64,000 nucleotides of DNA from positions 1,545,647-1,609,646 of the forward strand of contig NW_003526943.1 of NCBI RefSeq assembly GCF_000181795.1, given 5' to 3'. Numbering within the stretch: position 1 is the stretch's first letter; every line of letters starts with the position of its first letter. A program made the position numbers and the translations under genes. Shown in pieces: positions 48,775-60,981 of the stretch. Source of the stretch: Trichinella spiralis. Lineage: Eukaryota. The notes under the pieces were generated by a model. The model saw only the letters and a program-made list of their open reading frames with translations. It ran no database searches and was not told where the DNA came from.

Positions 48775-48933
48775 AATGACAATAAAAAATGAAAAATAAT
48801 CATAAAATTGCACCTGCTTTTTTTCATCACCATACCTTTCATTCATTGCTTGTCATGATATTCAATCCCTAAAACAAGACAGTTCTGTAATTTATACAAT
48901 TCAACATTGAAAAAATTTATGCGTAGAAATTCA

Positions 48934-49012
48934 TTTTTCAGGCAAATGCCTCGCACTATTTACATCATGCTGAAACAGCAAAATCTGACTCGTCATCTGG
49001 ATCATCATGAAA
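48934..49012 (-). ncRNA. Box C/D snoRNA, U15/snR75-type dual guide for LSU rRNA
   Basis: Box C ATGATGA (49008-49002), D' CAGA, C' ATGATGT and box D CTGA (48941-48938). Guides AGATGACGAG and CGAGGCATTTG are complementary to the conserved LSU sequence CAAAUGCCUCGUCAUCU. It sits about 69 nt upstream of a TTTTAG acceptor. Confidence 0.9.
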
Positions 49013-49256
49013 CAGTATTAAAAGAGAAAATGCAATCTAAAAGTTTGCTTACCGTCCGTCACGCCCACTTATAATTGTAAATTTTGCAGATTTCCTAAAC
49101 AAATCAACTTCTAATAGTGTAATTGAATTATCAAGTCTGCTTAAACACATACATTTACAAATAATATAAAAGAAATGTTACGCAAAAAAGATGAACAAAA
49201 TGATGTGCACAAAAAACATTACTAATCACAATGCAGCTTCTTATAAAATTAAAATT

Positions 49257-49327
49257 CGCTTCAGTTATACGAAAATTACGGTCAGTATTTTATACATAAT
49301 TAAGAAAGACCAAATTTCATCACTGTA
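49257..49327 (-). ncRNA. Candidate third box C/D snoRNA (target unresolved)
   Basis: GTGATGA (49323-49317) followed by an internal ATACTGA and a terminal CTGA (49264-49261); 63 nt, in the same putative host transcript. Confidence 0.4.
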
Positions 49328-50378
49328 AATCTATGATCACAACATTACATTTCCTACATGCATAATTTAGAAACAATTTTAAAATCATAAAACAAAAGCA
49401 CATAAGTCATAAAAGTATTATCAACATGAATGAACAAAAAGCAACATAAACACTTTCCAACTACCAATATTTCTTTTCTTTGTCATAAAAATGTAATTTA
49501 TAACAGTACGGCACAACACAATAAACCGGCTAATTACAATATAAAAGTTTCGAAATTAAACATGCTAAAATTGAAATGCCATCGTTATTATTGTTTGAAA
49601 AGAAACAAAACAAAATACATTTCTGCGCACAACAAAAAATTTTAATACAACAGCTTAAACATACATTTGATTGATGATCAATATTTCTTACTTTAACTAT
49701 TTGATAACTTTAAAACTTCTTCATACCTTTGGCATTGTTAAGTGTTTATTTGTTTGACGTTTTTCAAATTTAAATTATAATTCAAAACAAACTCACCAAC
49801 TGAGATGCTATTCCACATAACCATTCAAACAAACCATCCAAAGTACAGCAACTTGAAGAACGTTAATGTGAATATCTACCGTAAATGATAACTTATAACA
49901 CGTCAGCAGGAATGATTTAACTTGAAAATCAGTTAGATCCTATAGATACAGTTATTTAGGGGTATCTATTATGGATATTTGGATAGTATATTTGGAAACA
50001 CAACAGTTGATGTCATGGTAATTCATCAACTAATAAATAAGTTTTTTAAATGTATATTACTGTAGAATGTCTTTTTAACTAAAGCATTGTAAGTTGATAT
50101 AATACTACATATAAATAAAGAAAAACAAATATTGAATATTTATACATGTAAAAATGATAGAAATCAAGATTATAAATTTATTTCGGTAGTTTTATCAGAT
50201 TTGAACTTGAATGTCTCAATTATCCACCTGTAGTTGTTTGCTAGTGCGTAGAGTAAGGAAGCAGTCAGCAGCTGTTTAACACTTTTCATTATCAGTTTTA
50301 AATGTACGTTTATTTTATTTTAATTTTTAAGTATGTTGTTTTGCTAGTAATTTGTACCATTTTTAGAGTTCGTTGAAC

Positions 50379-51039
50379 ATGCTTTCTACAGTTCGATTTT
50401 GTCATCTGGGACGTGCATCTGCTTTGCTTTCTAACCCTAATTTTCGTCGTGGTCAATTGCCAACGTTGCTTAAGAATGTTTTACCATCTAGTCCAATATT
50501 TCCACGTGCTTCTCCAACAACATTAGCTTTAGCTACTCGCGCGTCTTCCACTGAAGTTCGTAAGTCGGTTTTCCAAAGTGATTTGTATATAACGTTGGTG
50601 CTGATTATACATTTAATTGTACAAGTGCGATATTTTCAAATACTGATTTCAATTTTAGGAGAAATCCCTCCCAACCATGCAACTGTGTTCAAATTGGAAC
50701 GAGTACTTGCTGCTGCGATGTTGCCGTTATTTCCGGCGGCTTTGTTCATCCACAACGGCATCATGGACAATTTGCTGGCTGTGGCAGTTGGACTGCACAT
50801 TCATTTGTTTGTTTTAATTTTGTTTTTTTTCAAATTCGAATAATTATCCAATTTTTTTCAGTGGGTTGCATGTCGTGGTTGAAGACTACGCTCGGCCCTT
50901 TGTCATCGGTGAAACGTTGTCCAAGTTGTGCACCAAAAGCATCTACCTGGTGTCAATTCTGATGCTTGCCGGCTTGTTGCATTTCAACTACACTGACGTT
51001 GGTATCACGAAAGCGTTCGAGATGATTTGGTCACTGTGA
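50379..51039 (+). CDS. SDHD: Succinate dehydrogenase cytochrome b small subunit (CybS); exons 50379-50559, 50659-50806, 50862-51039
   Basis: [25 protein letters not shown] and [22 protein letters not shown], preceded by a mitochondrial presequence. Confidence 0.95.
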
Positions 51040-51235
51040 TTTCGTAGGTTCATTTAATCATAGACGACTGACAAATGCTTTAAAAGAAAAAGTTATTTCT
51101 GTGAATAAAATTCGGGCAAATGTCATGTTCATTTATTAATCTTCAAAATAGTTAACACACAGTACAATTTAAGTTGACGTGTTATTTTTCTAATCTTTAT
51201 TTAACCGGATCCTTGTATTTTTGTTCTTCCAATTT

Positions 51236-54200
51236 TCAAATTCCTTCAGTTGACAAAACACCAATTTGGGGAACTTCCATTTCCGGCTTCATGCGTGGGA
51301 AAAGGGGCAAATTATTTTTAAAATCAATCAAATTCTTGATCTTTTCCAGCTGAAAGGATTTGTATTAAAGAGAAAATTTCAAGTTTCATTTTTTCATCTT
51401 ACTTTTCCTTGATCTTCAAGTACTGATCGTTTCGTTCGGATAGAATTGATTTCGAAATTATTTGAATAAACTTGCGTCGAAAGTTTCCGACGTTTCGGCG
51501 CATCGGCTGCGATGTGTTGCTGTAAAATTGGAAAATTGTTTTTCACAGTTGTGTGAAAAGCATGCAAAATTGTATGAAAAAATTTTCTACTTTGTAAAAT
51601 TCAATCAGCTCCTCTTTGGTGATTGTTTGCAGTATGTTCACCTCTTTCTCATCACGTTCGAAATTGTACTGTTCGCTGCTGATTTCGGACCAACATTTCG
51701 AAGCGGCCGACACCAACTTTTTCGGCTTTTCAAGTCGTTTCGACGTCAACGCTGCTCTGTGCTCTTCGAACTCTTCGCTCGGCATATTTTTAATATCTTC
51801 CTATAAATTATTATTCACTTTGGATATTTTCCATCACATTTACATAATTATACACTGACCAACAACTGAGACAAGAATGCTTCGATTCGTTCGTCCAAAT
51901 AGGTGGGCGATTCTTCCGACTGGACAATTATGTGCAAACCTTGCGTATCGTTGGCACGTCTCAAGCCACCAAATACAATATAACCTGTGAAATGAAAATT
52001 AAATGTGCAAATCTCTGAACGATGAAATAGTTAATTAAAATTATTATTATTTATATGTTTACCCAATTGTTCGACTGTTCTCAATTGATGAAAGCAAGGT
52101 TCGTTCAATATTTGGACCAACAATTCCAGCAGCATGTTCAATCGTGACTCTTGCAAGCCGACTTGAAGTATCATTTCAATCGCCGAATTCGGATGTACCG
52201 TATTCTGCGCTTCGAAAACGAATGTTTTTCCTTTCTGTAATTTCACTTCACGATTTCTTGTTACTTGACTTGCCAACAAAGGCTTCGGTTCCATTTTCTC
52301 CAAAATAGCGCTCTTGGTTTGATTTAAAATATCTCGCGCATTTTGTTCCGATGCGTTACCAAATACCAAAGCTTCGATGTGCATTTCAGAGAATAATACA
52401 CGTTTGAAATCGTCTATCATTTCAATTTTCAAGCCAACTGCTTCGCGCAGCAGTTCCTTCTTCGACCATGTACGATCACTGAGCAGCAGTGTCGAATAAT
52501 ACATCGATTGTTGGTAGGGTGGTTCCATGTCGAAGTTGCGCAAACGCCGGATGAATCTCTCCTTGAGCCGGTCGAACGTTTGCGGTTCCACCTTCAACGA
52601 CAACATCTTGTCGACGATGCTCGACAACAACACCGGCAACTTTTCACTGTAGCCCGAAACGTTGATCTGTATGCCGTCCAGGGTGGAAACGACGGAATAT
52701 TTGAGACCGGCCAGCATGGCGTTGTAGGCGTGCTCGTTGAGAGCGTCGAAAACCAACTCCGAGTACAGATGGGCTTCGACCATACGACCTGGGCTTGAGT
52801 TGGTCAACGGGCTTCTCAGCAGGAGTCGAACCACGGTTTTGGGTGTCAAAAATTCGTCGTCCTTTTTGTACCACACACGCGCCATTGGATCCTCGTCGCC
52901 CGGTTCACCGGTCAACAGGCGTGGCAATTTGGTCGGCTGTGTGCAGTCGGCTAGGGTAAAGTCGGTCGGTATGAACGCGTTGGGGTCGGGCAATTTGAAT
53001 TTCGAAGAACCAGCAGCTCCACCGTTGCCCTGGCACCGTTCCAAGAATTCCTTCCCCAGCGGCTTCTTGCGGTAGCAGGTGCCGTACCAGGGTTCGGCCG
53101 AGTTGACGACGTTGCAGAAACTTTTCGACGTTACCGTCATGAGCATGTTGTCCGGCCGAAGCTGATCCAACACCATGTACACTAGCTCCGGCTTGTAGTG
53201 GTCCATACGGTACGGACCGAACATCACGTCCTCCATCGGATAAAGTTGCAACGCCGACGCCAAGTAGGTGGTCAGATTCATCGGCTGCTCTTTGTCTTTG
53301 AAACGGAATTCGATCTTGTTCAAATCTTCACACTCGCGGTGTATCCACTCTTGGACCCCTTCGTTGCGCACCAACGAGATGTATTCGAACACCAGCTGAG
53401 CAATGTCGTCCACGTGGCGCAAGCCGGATTCGGTCACTTCAACGTCGATGTTAAAGAACCAGAAACCACGGGCGCCGGTTCTCGGTCCGGCGGTCAACGT
53501 GTTCACCCAGCCGTGCTTTTTCAGCTCAGACAACAAACTGCCCGACGCCTCGTGACCGAGCAGATGACCGATGTAGTGGCCAGGATTCGAAGTGTAATAT
53601 TCGTGCAAGTCGGGCAGTGGAAAGCAGAAATTGATCGAACGCAAATCTTTCACCGGAACCACGTTGACCCTGTAGCCGAGCTCTGTGGCCGTATATGGGT
53701 GCTCTTTCCAGACGATCTTTTCCAATTTTTTGTTTTCAATGCTGGCAAATGTCGGCACGTATGCCGCCTGCAATTCATCCAGCGACTCTTTGCCCATTAT
53801 GCACAACGCCATCAAATTAGCCGAATAATGATTTTGATAAAATTGCAACAAAGCTTCGCGTGGATCATCGCCTCTGGCCAGCACGTCGTCCAGAAGTGTT
53901 TTCCGCGTGCCGGTTCCAAATTTGTTGTAGTCGTGTTTCGGATTCGACAAATGACGTTCCAACTGATAGTCGCGCCAACTGTCGCTTTGCAAATTACCTC
54001 TCATCTCAGAATCCACCGCATTCACTTCACGTTCCGTAGCATTCACCGTGAACAACGGTTCGATGAAAAACTGGGCAAATCTGCAATATGAAAAAAGAAA
54101 TTTTACCATGCAAAATAAATTTAATCAAATCAAATCAAATACCTGTCCAATGCTCCGCCTAAAAATTCGGGGGCTACATCAAAATGATAATTGGTATGAT

Positions 54201-54645
54201 CAGTCGACGTGTAAGCGTTCGAGTTTCCTCCATGAGCGACCAAGTAACTTTGATATTCATTGTCTTTTGGGTACTACGGAAAAAAGATGAAATTTTACAA
54301 TCGAATTTTAGTTAATACCTTATACAGGGTCAGTACCTTTTTCGTTCCAAGGAACAACATGTGCTCACAAAAATGGGCCAGTCCAGGCATGTTCCAAGGA
54401 TCCATCATGTGGCCTAACAAATTACGAAACAATGAATCCAATACAAAATGATCGACAAAAATAAAAGCAAAGTCACCAGCGCTAACATCCAACGAAGCGG
54501 CTGCTTTGTCCGTTTTTGGATCGCTGATCAACAAAACCTTCAAACCATTGTTCAATTCAAGTCCTCGATAAGAGCGTTTATCTTCTGGAGATTGGATTAT
54601 ATTGTCGTTGCGATGTTTGATAAATTTGGCGCTTTCGTTCAACAT
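51236..54645 (-). CDS. IDE: Insulin-degrading enzyme (peptidase M16A), multi-exon
   Basis: [13 protein letters not shown], the inverted zinc motif [30 protein letters not shown] and [11 protein letters not shown]. The start codon could lie further upstream. Confidence 0.95.
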
Positions 54646-55194
54646 TGAATTCGATCTATAAACAGATATGCTAATTCAATTACAAAACAAATATTCACAC
54701 TAGTACATAAATAATAGGAATGAATAGGTTATCACGATAAGAACCTTTTTTACAAATCTAATTTTTTAATGCTCAGTTTAATTTTTTGAAAAAATTCCAT
54801 GTTCAAAATCACATGTTAATCACAAACATGCGCATGCAAGATGCATAAAGCAACCGATTAATACATTCTGAAACAAGCGGGAAATTGCATGCGTCGTAAC
54901 ATTCTTTAGAGGTAATCTAAACAATTTTCAGATTTCCCTTTAAAAAAAACAGATAACTTACAAGTGACAAGTAATCACGGGCATGATGCAAGCAAGTACA
55001 GAGCAATGACAAGCAACCACGAGCAAGTATCAAAGAACAACGGCCAAAGTGCAAAGGACACCAAAACAAAGAGTAATTAGACCAGGAGTGTTCCCATTGC
55101 AGACCAAGACAATGACCGCGATTTCTGATTGGTTCAACAATTTCATTGGTCCTTCACTCCTGTTTATATTCAAATTAAAATACAAAATACAGAT

Positions 55195-55783
55195 CAGGGG
55201 AACTCCCGATTATCCGAACACTCGGTTTTTGGGGGTCCTGAAATAATCGAATTTTCGGATAATCAGACGTTTTCAATTTTTCAAAATGTATGTACGTAAT
55301 TGAAGCGTTTATAACCGTTATTCTCAATTAGACGCGGAAGAGCAGACATTCTGTTTATTATACGACTTTATTTGCCGTTTACTCGCTTAAACTCGGTTGG
55401 TACTCGCAATGTATTTCCGGAAATCGACTCCCATGCTTATTAGTTGGTCAAGTGCACGTTTCTGGAGGGACCACATGTAAACTGCTGAATCAAGCGCGCT
55501 ATTTGACGCTTTTTTCATCGATTTTCGTGAAGAACAGCTACTCGAAGTATCCATGTGCGACACAAATCAGTCAGCTAACGTCGACTGCGATGGATGTTGA
55601 AACTATGAGCGACTCGCCGCTCTCCACTAGTCTACACATTTCTAGCTTTTGCTCTAAACTCAAAACCTTTCTCTTTCTAGCAGTAGACATACCGGACATA
55701 AAAGTTAACCTACAGAATGTTACAGTATTAATGAAATGCAGGTTGGCTTACGAAAAAGTGTTCGGATAATCGAAGTTTCACTG
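55195..55783. mobile_element. Non-autonomous pogo/Tigger (Tc1-mariner)-like MITE, ~590 bp
   Basis: Imperfect TIRs CAGGGGAACTCCCGATTATCCGAACAC and GTGTTCGGATAATCGAAGTTTCACTG, followed by TA on the right. There is a subterminal TTCGGATAATC repeat near 55254 and no transposase ORF. Confidence 0.8.
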
Positions 55784-55859
55784 TATCAGCAACTTCTAGC
55801 TCGACTGAAAGCACGCAGTATAATTTCAACTTTTCATTTTAACCCTTCTAACAACAGTT

Positions 55860-56132
55860 TCAGGTAGAGAACAATGAAAAACCAATGTCGGTTCTTATAT
55901 TTAGTAGATGCCGCAGAATGAGGAATTGTTTCATCAGAAAAACGGGCAAAAAACCGTGCCATTTTGTGTAAACTGCTTTATCATCTGATTGGTTTAAGAG
56001 TAATTTACTGCTGCGGTTGATCAGTGCTTTAGTGGAAAGCTTACATTTACAATGACATTCAAAATTCTCAATAATCACAAAGCTAAATACGATGAGAAAT
56101 GAAAGCAATACCTCTAAACTGAATAACCTCAT
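55860..56132 (-). CDS. Possible small secreted protein (signal-peptide-like exon, in-frame intron 55985-56044)
   Basis: MRLFSLEVLLSFLIVFSFVII hydrophobic N-terminus, with a GTAAGC donor and CAG acceptor. No recognisable homology. Confidence 0.3.
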   Translation of the reverse strand: MRLFSLEVLLSFLIVFSFVIIENFECHCKCKLSTKALINRSSKLLLNQSDDKAVYTKWHGFLPVFLMKQFLILRHLLNIRTDIGFSLFST

Positions 56133-57289
56133 ACTTCACTTAAATGAGCACATATTTAATTAATTTAATTAACATGCATCACAATGAAATTCATAAATAA
56201 GCATAAACGAAAGTAGAATTGGAGCAATTCTTATTACGACATGCTATGATAAGAAAATAACCAAATATTATAATAATAAACTTCCCTTCTTATAGTAAAA
56301 CATGCTTATTAAAACAGTATTTCTCAAGTCAAAAAACAATTATAGATGCGTTTCACGAAACAGTTTGTTAAATGTTAGAATATGTCATTTGGAAAATTAA
56401 CAAAGCGAACAATACCATCAACTGTTGACGCACAAATTTATGCAATAAAGATGTTCATAAACCATAAAATATATACAGAACCCATATATTTGATGAAATG
56501 TAAACCTCCTCTGTAAAAAAACTAACTCTCTCTGAAGTCATTTTTTGCTCACTGTCAAATACATGCAAACTATTTCATACTAATCTCAAAGAAAACTTCT
56601 TTTCACCAATAAATCAATTCATACCTGCTTAAAGAAAAAAACACTTTCGAATGTTTTCTGAATAAAGTATTGGAATGCGGCAATCTCAGTAGAGAACGTA
56701 GGTAAAACATGATGAAAAGTTCACGGAAGTATGGACAATTTCAACGTGAGAATTATGCAAACTTTGGTAGAATAAGGTATACTTTGATTTACGAATATGA
56801 GGCAGTTTATATTCTAAAAATTCAAGCAAACGGTCAGCCACACTACTGAATAGTAAAAATAATATTTTTCAGTGCCCAAAACGATATACAGTGTATAAAG
56901 CTTATAAATTTTACGTTTAAAAAAATTTGGCAAAAAAATTTTAACTATCCTTCTTACCTGATACGTTTCAATACCGTTGTTTGATTAAAAGGTACAAATA
57001 CTGTATTTTACTGTTCTGTGTATTTCAAAACGTTATTGGTAAGCATTTCAAATTCTTTTAACAAAAAAAGTTTCAACAATTAAAACAATTTATTAATAAT
57101 AATATTTTTAATTATTATTAGAATTTATTGTAATTTTTTTCAAATAATAAGCACTATAACTGAAATGAAGCAAATAAATTTAAATTTAAAAAATTTGGTG
57201 GACATTTTACTTCTAAAATATTAATTTCAAAATTACTGAAATTCACAATTTTTCTAACGTCCTTAACATTTCCGCTTAATTTTCAATGT

Positions 57290-58765
57290 TCAGCCATACA
57301 TTGGAAACGATGGGTGAAATGGAATCCACAACGATGGAAAAGAAGGAAAAATTGTCGGATATGTTGCACTGTGAAAGATTGTTGCTGGCATTGGTTGGTG
57401 AATTATATTTGGAAATTTTTCAGGACTCTGCATGGCATTTTTTAACCAATAGAAGTAGTGAGAAACTTTTGTAAAGACGCCAATTTCTCCACACTCGTAA
57501 CCCCAACTTACTACGCCAAATTGAACAAACTTATTCTTATAGTAGCAGACCAGCGGTCCACCTGAATCGCCCTAAAATTTAAATAATTGACACTTTTACT
57601 AAAAATTGTTTCTTTGATTTGGATTTAATCCTTATCTAAATAATACATTAAAAATTATGTAAAACTGAAAAAGTTGCATACAGATGTTTAATTTACCATG
57701 CATACTCCTGATTTGCTGTTTTGTCCTGTTGTACAAAGCATAGTTTTTCTATCAAACAGCGAATCCGAATCCGACATACAAACTTCTTCAGACTGAAAAG
57801 CAAGATCCACTATACGAAGCTCTTTGCTTGGCAGATTATCTTCTAAAATAAGAAAATGTTTATGAGATAATATTATTATTTAAATTTCATCACCAGTTAT
57901 TCCCCAACCAGCACTGAAGCATATACTGTTCGTCAGAGGTTGTTCTTCATATTCAGCAAGACATATTGGAAGCACATGTTCGTTGTAAGTAATCCATTCA
58001 TCCAACAGTAACAATGCAATATCATTTTTTAGTGTCTTTCCATTGTAATTGTGATGTAAGTAACTTTTCACACGTACAGTTCGTTCATGTGGATTATTAA
58101 TTTTTAATTCATCATGAATGCCAACCGTAGCTAACAATTCATGTGGATGGAAATGATCTCTAATCAGAAATTGATTACTTAACTAATGTGTCTTCTAAAC
58201 GTTTAAATTGAAAATCATATCATTTAAATAAAGAAAGAAAGCGCTTAAATATTAAATATTTAATTCAAGGAATACAACTGAAAATATTTAATTTGTCTTA
58301 CAAAATTAATGATCCAGTACAATGGGCGGCAGTCAGCACAAAATTTGTTCCATTGCTTTTCTTTGGTTGTATAAGCGTACCTCCGCAGAGTAATTTTCTT
58401 TGAAAATTTTTAACTCTTTCCAATTTTACTATCCAAGGAAAAGTGTGTGGTTCTGCTGTCCAACCTCCAATGATACGATTGGAATTTTCATTTCTGTTCT
58501 TTGGACTCTGATCCACAGTGATCAAACCACAATCTATTTCAACACACATTGCTGATGATATCTAAGCAAATCAAAAAAAACAAAATTTTCACTTTTGAAT
58601 TACAGTTTTCATATTAAAATATTGTTTTCTTTATTTTAACTTTTCCAAGCATTTAGAAATAATAAACAAATTTAAAATTTGACCCTGATAGTAAAGTGAT
58701 TTGGAAACTTTACGGAGGAAACATACCTCAAATAATATGACACTAATAATAATTATGAATGACAT
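57290..58765 (-). CDS. Secreted S1 serine protease with Pro/Phe-rich tail
   Basis: Signal exon MSFIIISVILFE, then RIIGG, TAAHC, NDIALL, GVCM|GDSGGP and VSWG. It ends PMYG*. Confidence 0.92.
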
Positions 58766-59327
58766 CGCTTATACTAAAAAAAGCATTCGTGTAATTATGA
58801 ATTCCTTTTTTTCATCTTTTTATAGCAATAAAAATAAATTTGTATTTAGATTACAGATATAATGAAAAACTGTATATTAATGTAAATATTAATTATTACG
58901 ATACGCTGATGATGATGTAAAATTTTCCTGTATACCTATAGCAATATTATTTGCAAAATTACAAAATATTGATGAAATGCTAAAAAACCTGACGATTTTT
59001 AAAAGAAATAAATTCTGAGATGTTTAATTTTATGAAAATCTTTCAGTATTTTAATATTAATGATATTTTAAAAACAAAATCTTTAAATCTGCAGTATATG
59101 ACATTCACTAATTTTCATGAATCACACTACATATAAATCTCCTTCAATTTATTGATTTATTCAATATAAACACACAAAGCGTGTGGCAACATTATTTATA
59201 ATAAATAAAATTCAAATTTTTATTTATTAAATACATTTTTTTTATTTATAAATTAATATTTTTGCATGTCTGAATCTCAGTAACTTGATTTTAATTTTCA
59301 TTTATACATATAAATGTTGCATATACT

Positions 59328-60981
59328 TTAACCGTATAAAATTCTTGAAATTGAAGGACTGTTTGGAATTAAATATGCTGGCTTTCGAAAAGTCCATAGC
59401 GGAGGAAAGCTGGCTTTCATTTGCTGCACTGCATGAATTTTGCTTGGAAAAGCTGGAAAACTAGGCACAGGTGGATTATAATTTTCTTTGTCATTCATGG
59501 ATTCCTCTAGCCAGGAAGAAAATCGAGAAAGTTTTGTAAAAACTGTAATATCGCCGCATTTATAACCCCAGCTTACAATTCCAAATTGAACAAATTTTTC
59601 ATTTACAAAGCAAACCAAAGGACCTCCTGAATCCCCCTAAAATGGCCAAGATATTCAAATTACAAATAGCATGCTAAAAGGATAAAAATACCATGCATGT
59701 TCCAGATTTTCTCGGATATCCTGCCGTGCATATCATGGTCTCTTTGTCAAAGGGTGAGCCTGGATTAGTTATGCAAGTTTGTTCCGGAAAAAAAGTAACA
59801 TCCACAATGCGTAATACATCACTGACATGTGCACTTTCTATCAATCATTTTTTGAATCTACATGATTTGTTTATTTTGATTGTTTAAATTGATCATCTCA
59901 CCTGTCTTTCCCCAACCTGCAGTAAAGCAGATACTGTCATCTGGTGCAGCTTGATCCGCCTTTGCTGTACAAATAGGCAATATGTGCTTATTATAAATAA
60001 TCCAATCATCCAAAAACAGTAGAGCGATATCATTGCGTTGTTTTGCGAAACTAAAATCGTGGCATAAATAATTCCTGACGCGCACAGTTTGACGATTTTT
60101 TTCTTCATTCTGTTTGTATAAATTGTGAATTCCAGCCGAGACTACAAAATTTTGTGGATGCACAGCTCCTTTCCTAAATTAAAAAAATATTTCATCAAAA
60201 TACATTTTAATATATTATAATCTACATGATTTGAGAAAATATGCAATGAGCAGCTGTTAAGACTATTTTGGTGCCGTTGCCTGGTTCGGACTGAATCAAC
60301 GTTGCACCACAAGCAAACACTTTGCTAGAACTCGTCAACCTTTCAACTGCTACCATAAATGGAAAGGAATGTTCTTCAGCCACCCAACCGCCAACAATAC
60401 GATTCGCTTTAATAATTTTTGAATTTGAATCTTCTGCTTCTTCAAAATTTATTATTCCACAATTAATTTTCTTGTTTTCAACGTAGGTTGCCTATAATTT
60501 TGAAAGTTGAATTACCTCAAGTTGAAGAGCTGCAGTTTAAAGATTCAAAATTTAAAATAATTTAAAAATTAAAAAATTTCATTACATAAATACATGATGC
60601 ATATAGAATTGCCAAAATATTGCTTTATTTTTCAGGATTAACAATTAAATGCAATATAATGTTTGACTAAACTTTAATTTAAAATTATACGAGTAGCATC
60701 ATTTTGATAAAATGATTCCTTATGTCGATTCTCAATTTCAAGCATGAGTTTAGATATTTTTTCAGTTTTGATAATGATCTCACCTTTGCCACAAATATGA
60801 TGAAATAATTATAAATAACAGAATATCTAGAATAAATTACTTTATAATTTGCAGAATATGATTGCAAAAAAGTACTTTATTCTATTTTTACACTATGCAG
60901 TTTATGAAACATTTATTTTTAATTCAAAAAAATTTAGCTTACCGTAATGAATATGAGACATAACAACGTTAAAATTATCAT
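59328..60981 (-). CDS. Secreted S1 serine protease, tandem paralog, with Pro-rich tail
   Basis: Signal exon MIILTLLCLIFIT, then RIVGG, TAAHC, NDIALL, GTCM|GDSGGP and VSWG. It ends ILYG*. Confidence 0.92.

Noticed and set aside
49488..49548. Minus-strand hairpin followed by ACA, resembling an H/ACA 3' half
   Set aside because: No recognisable H box or 5' hairpin, and no identifiable target.
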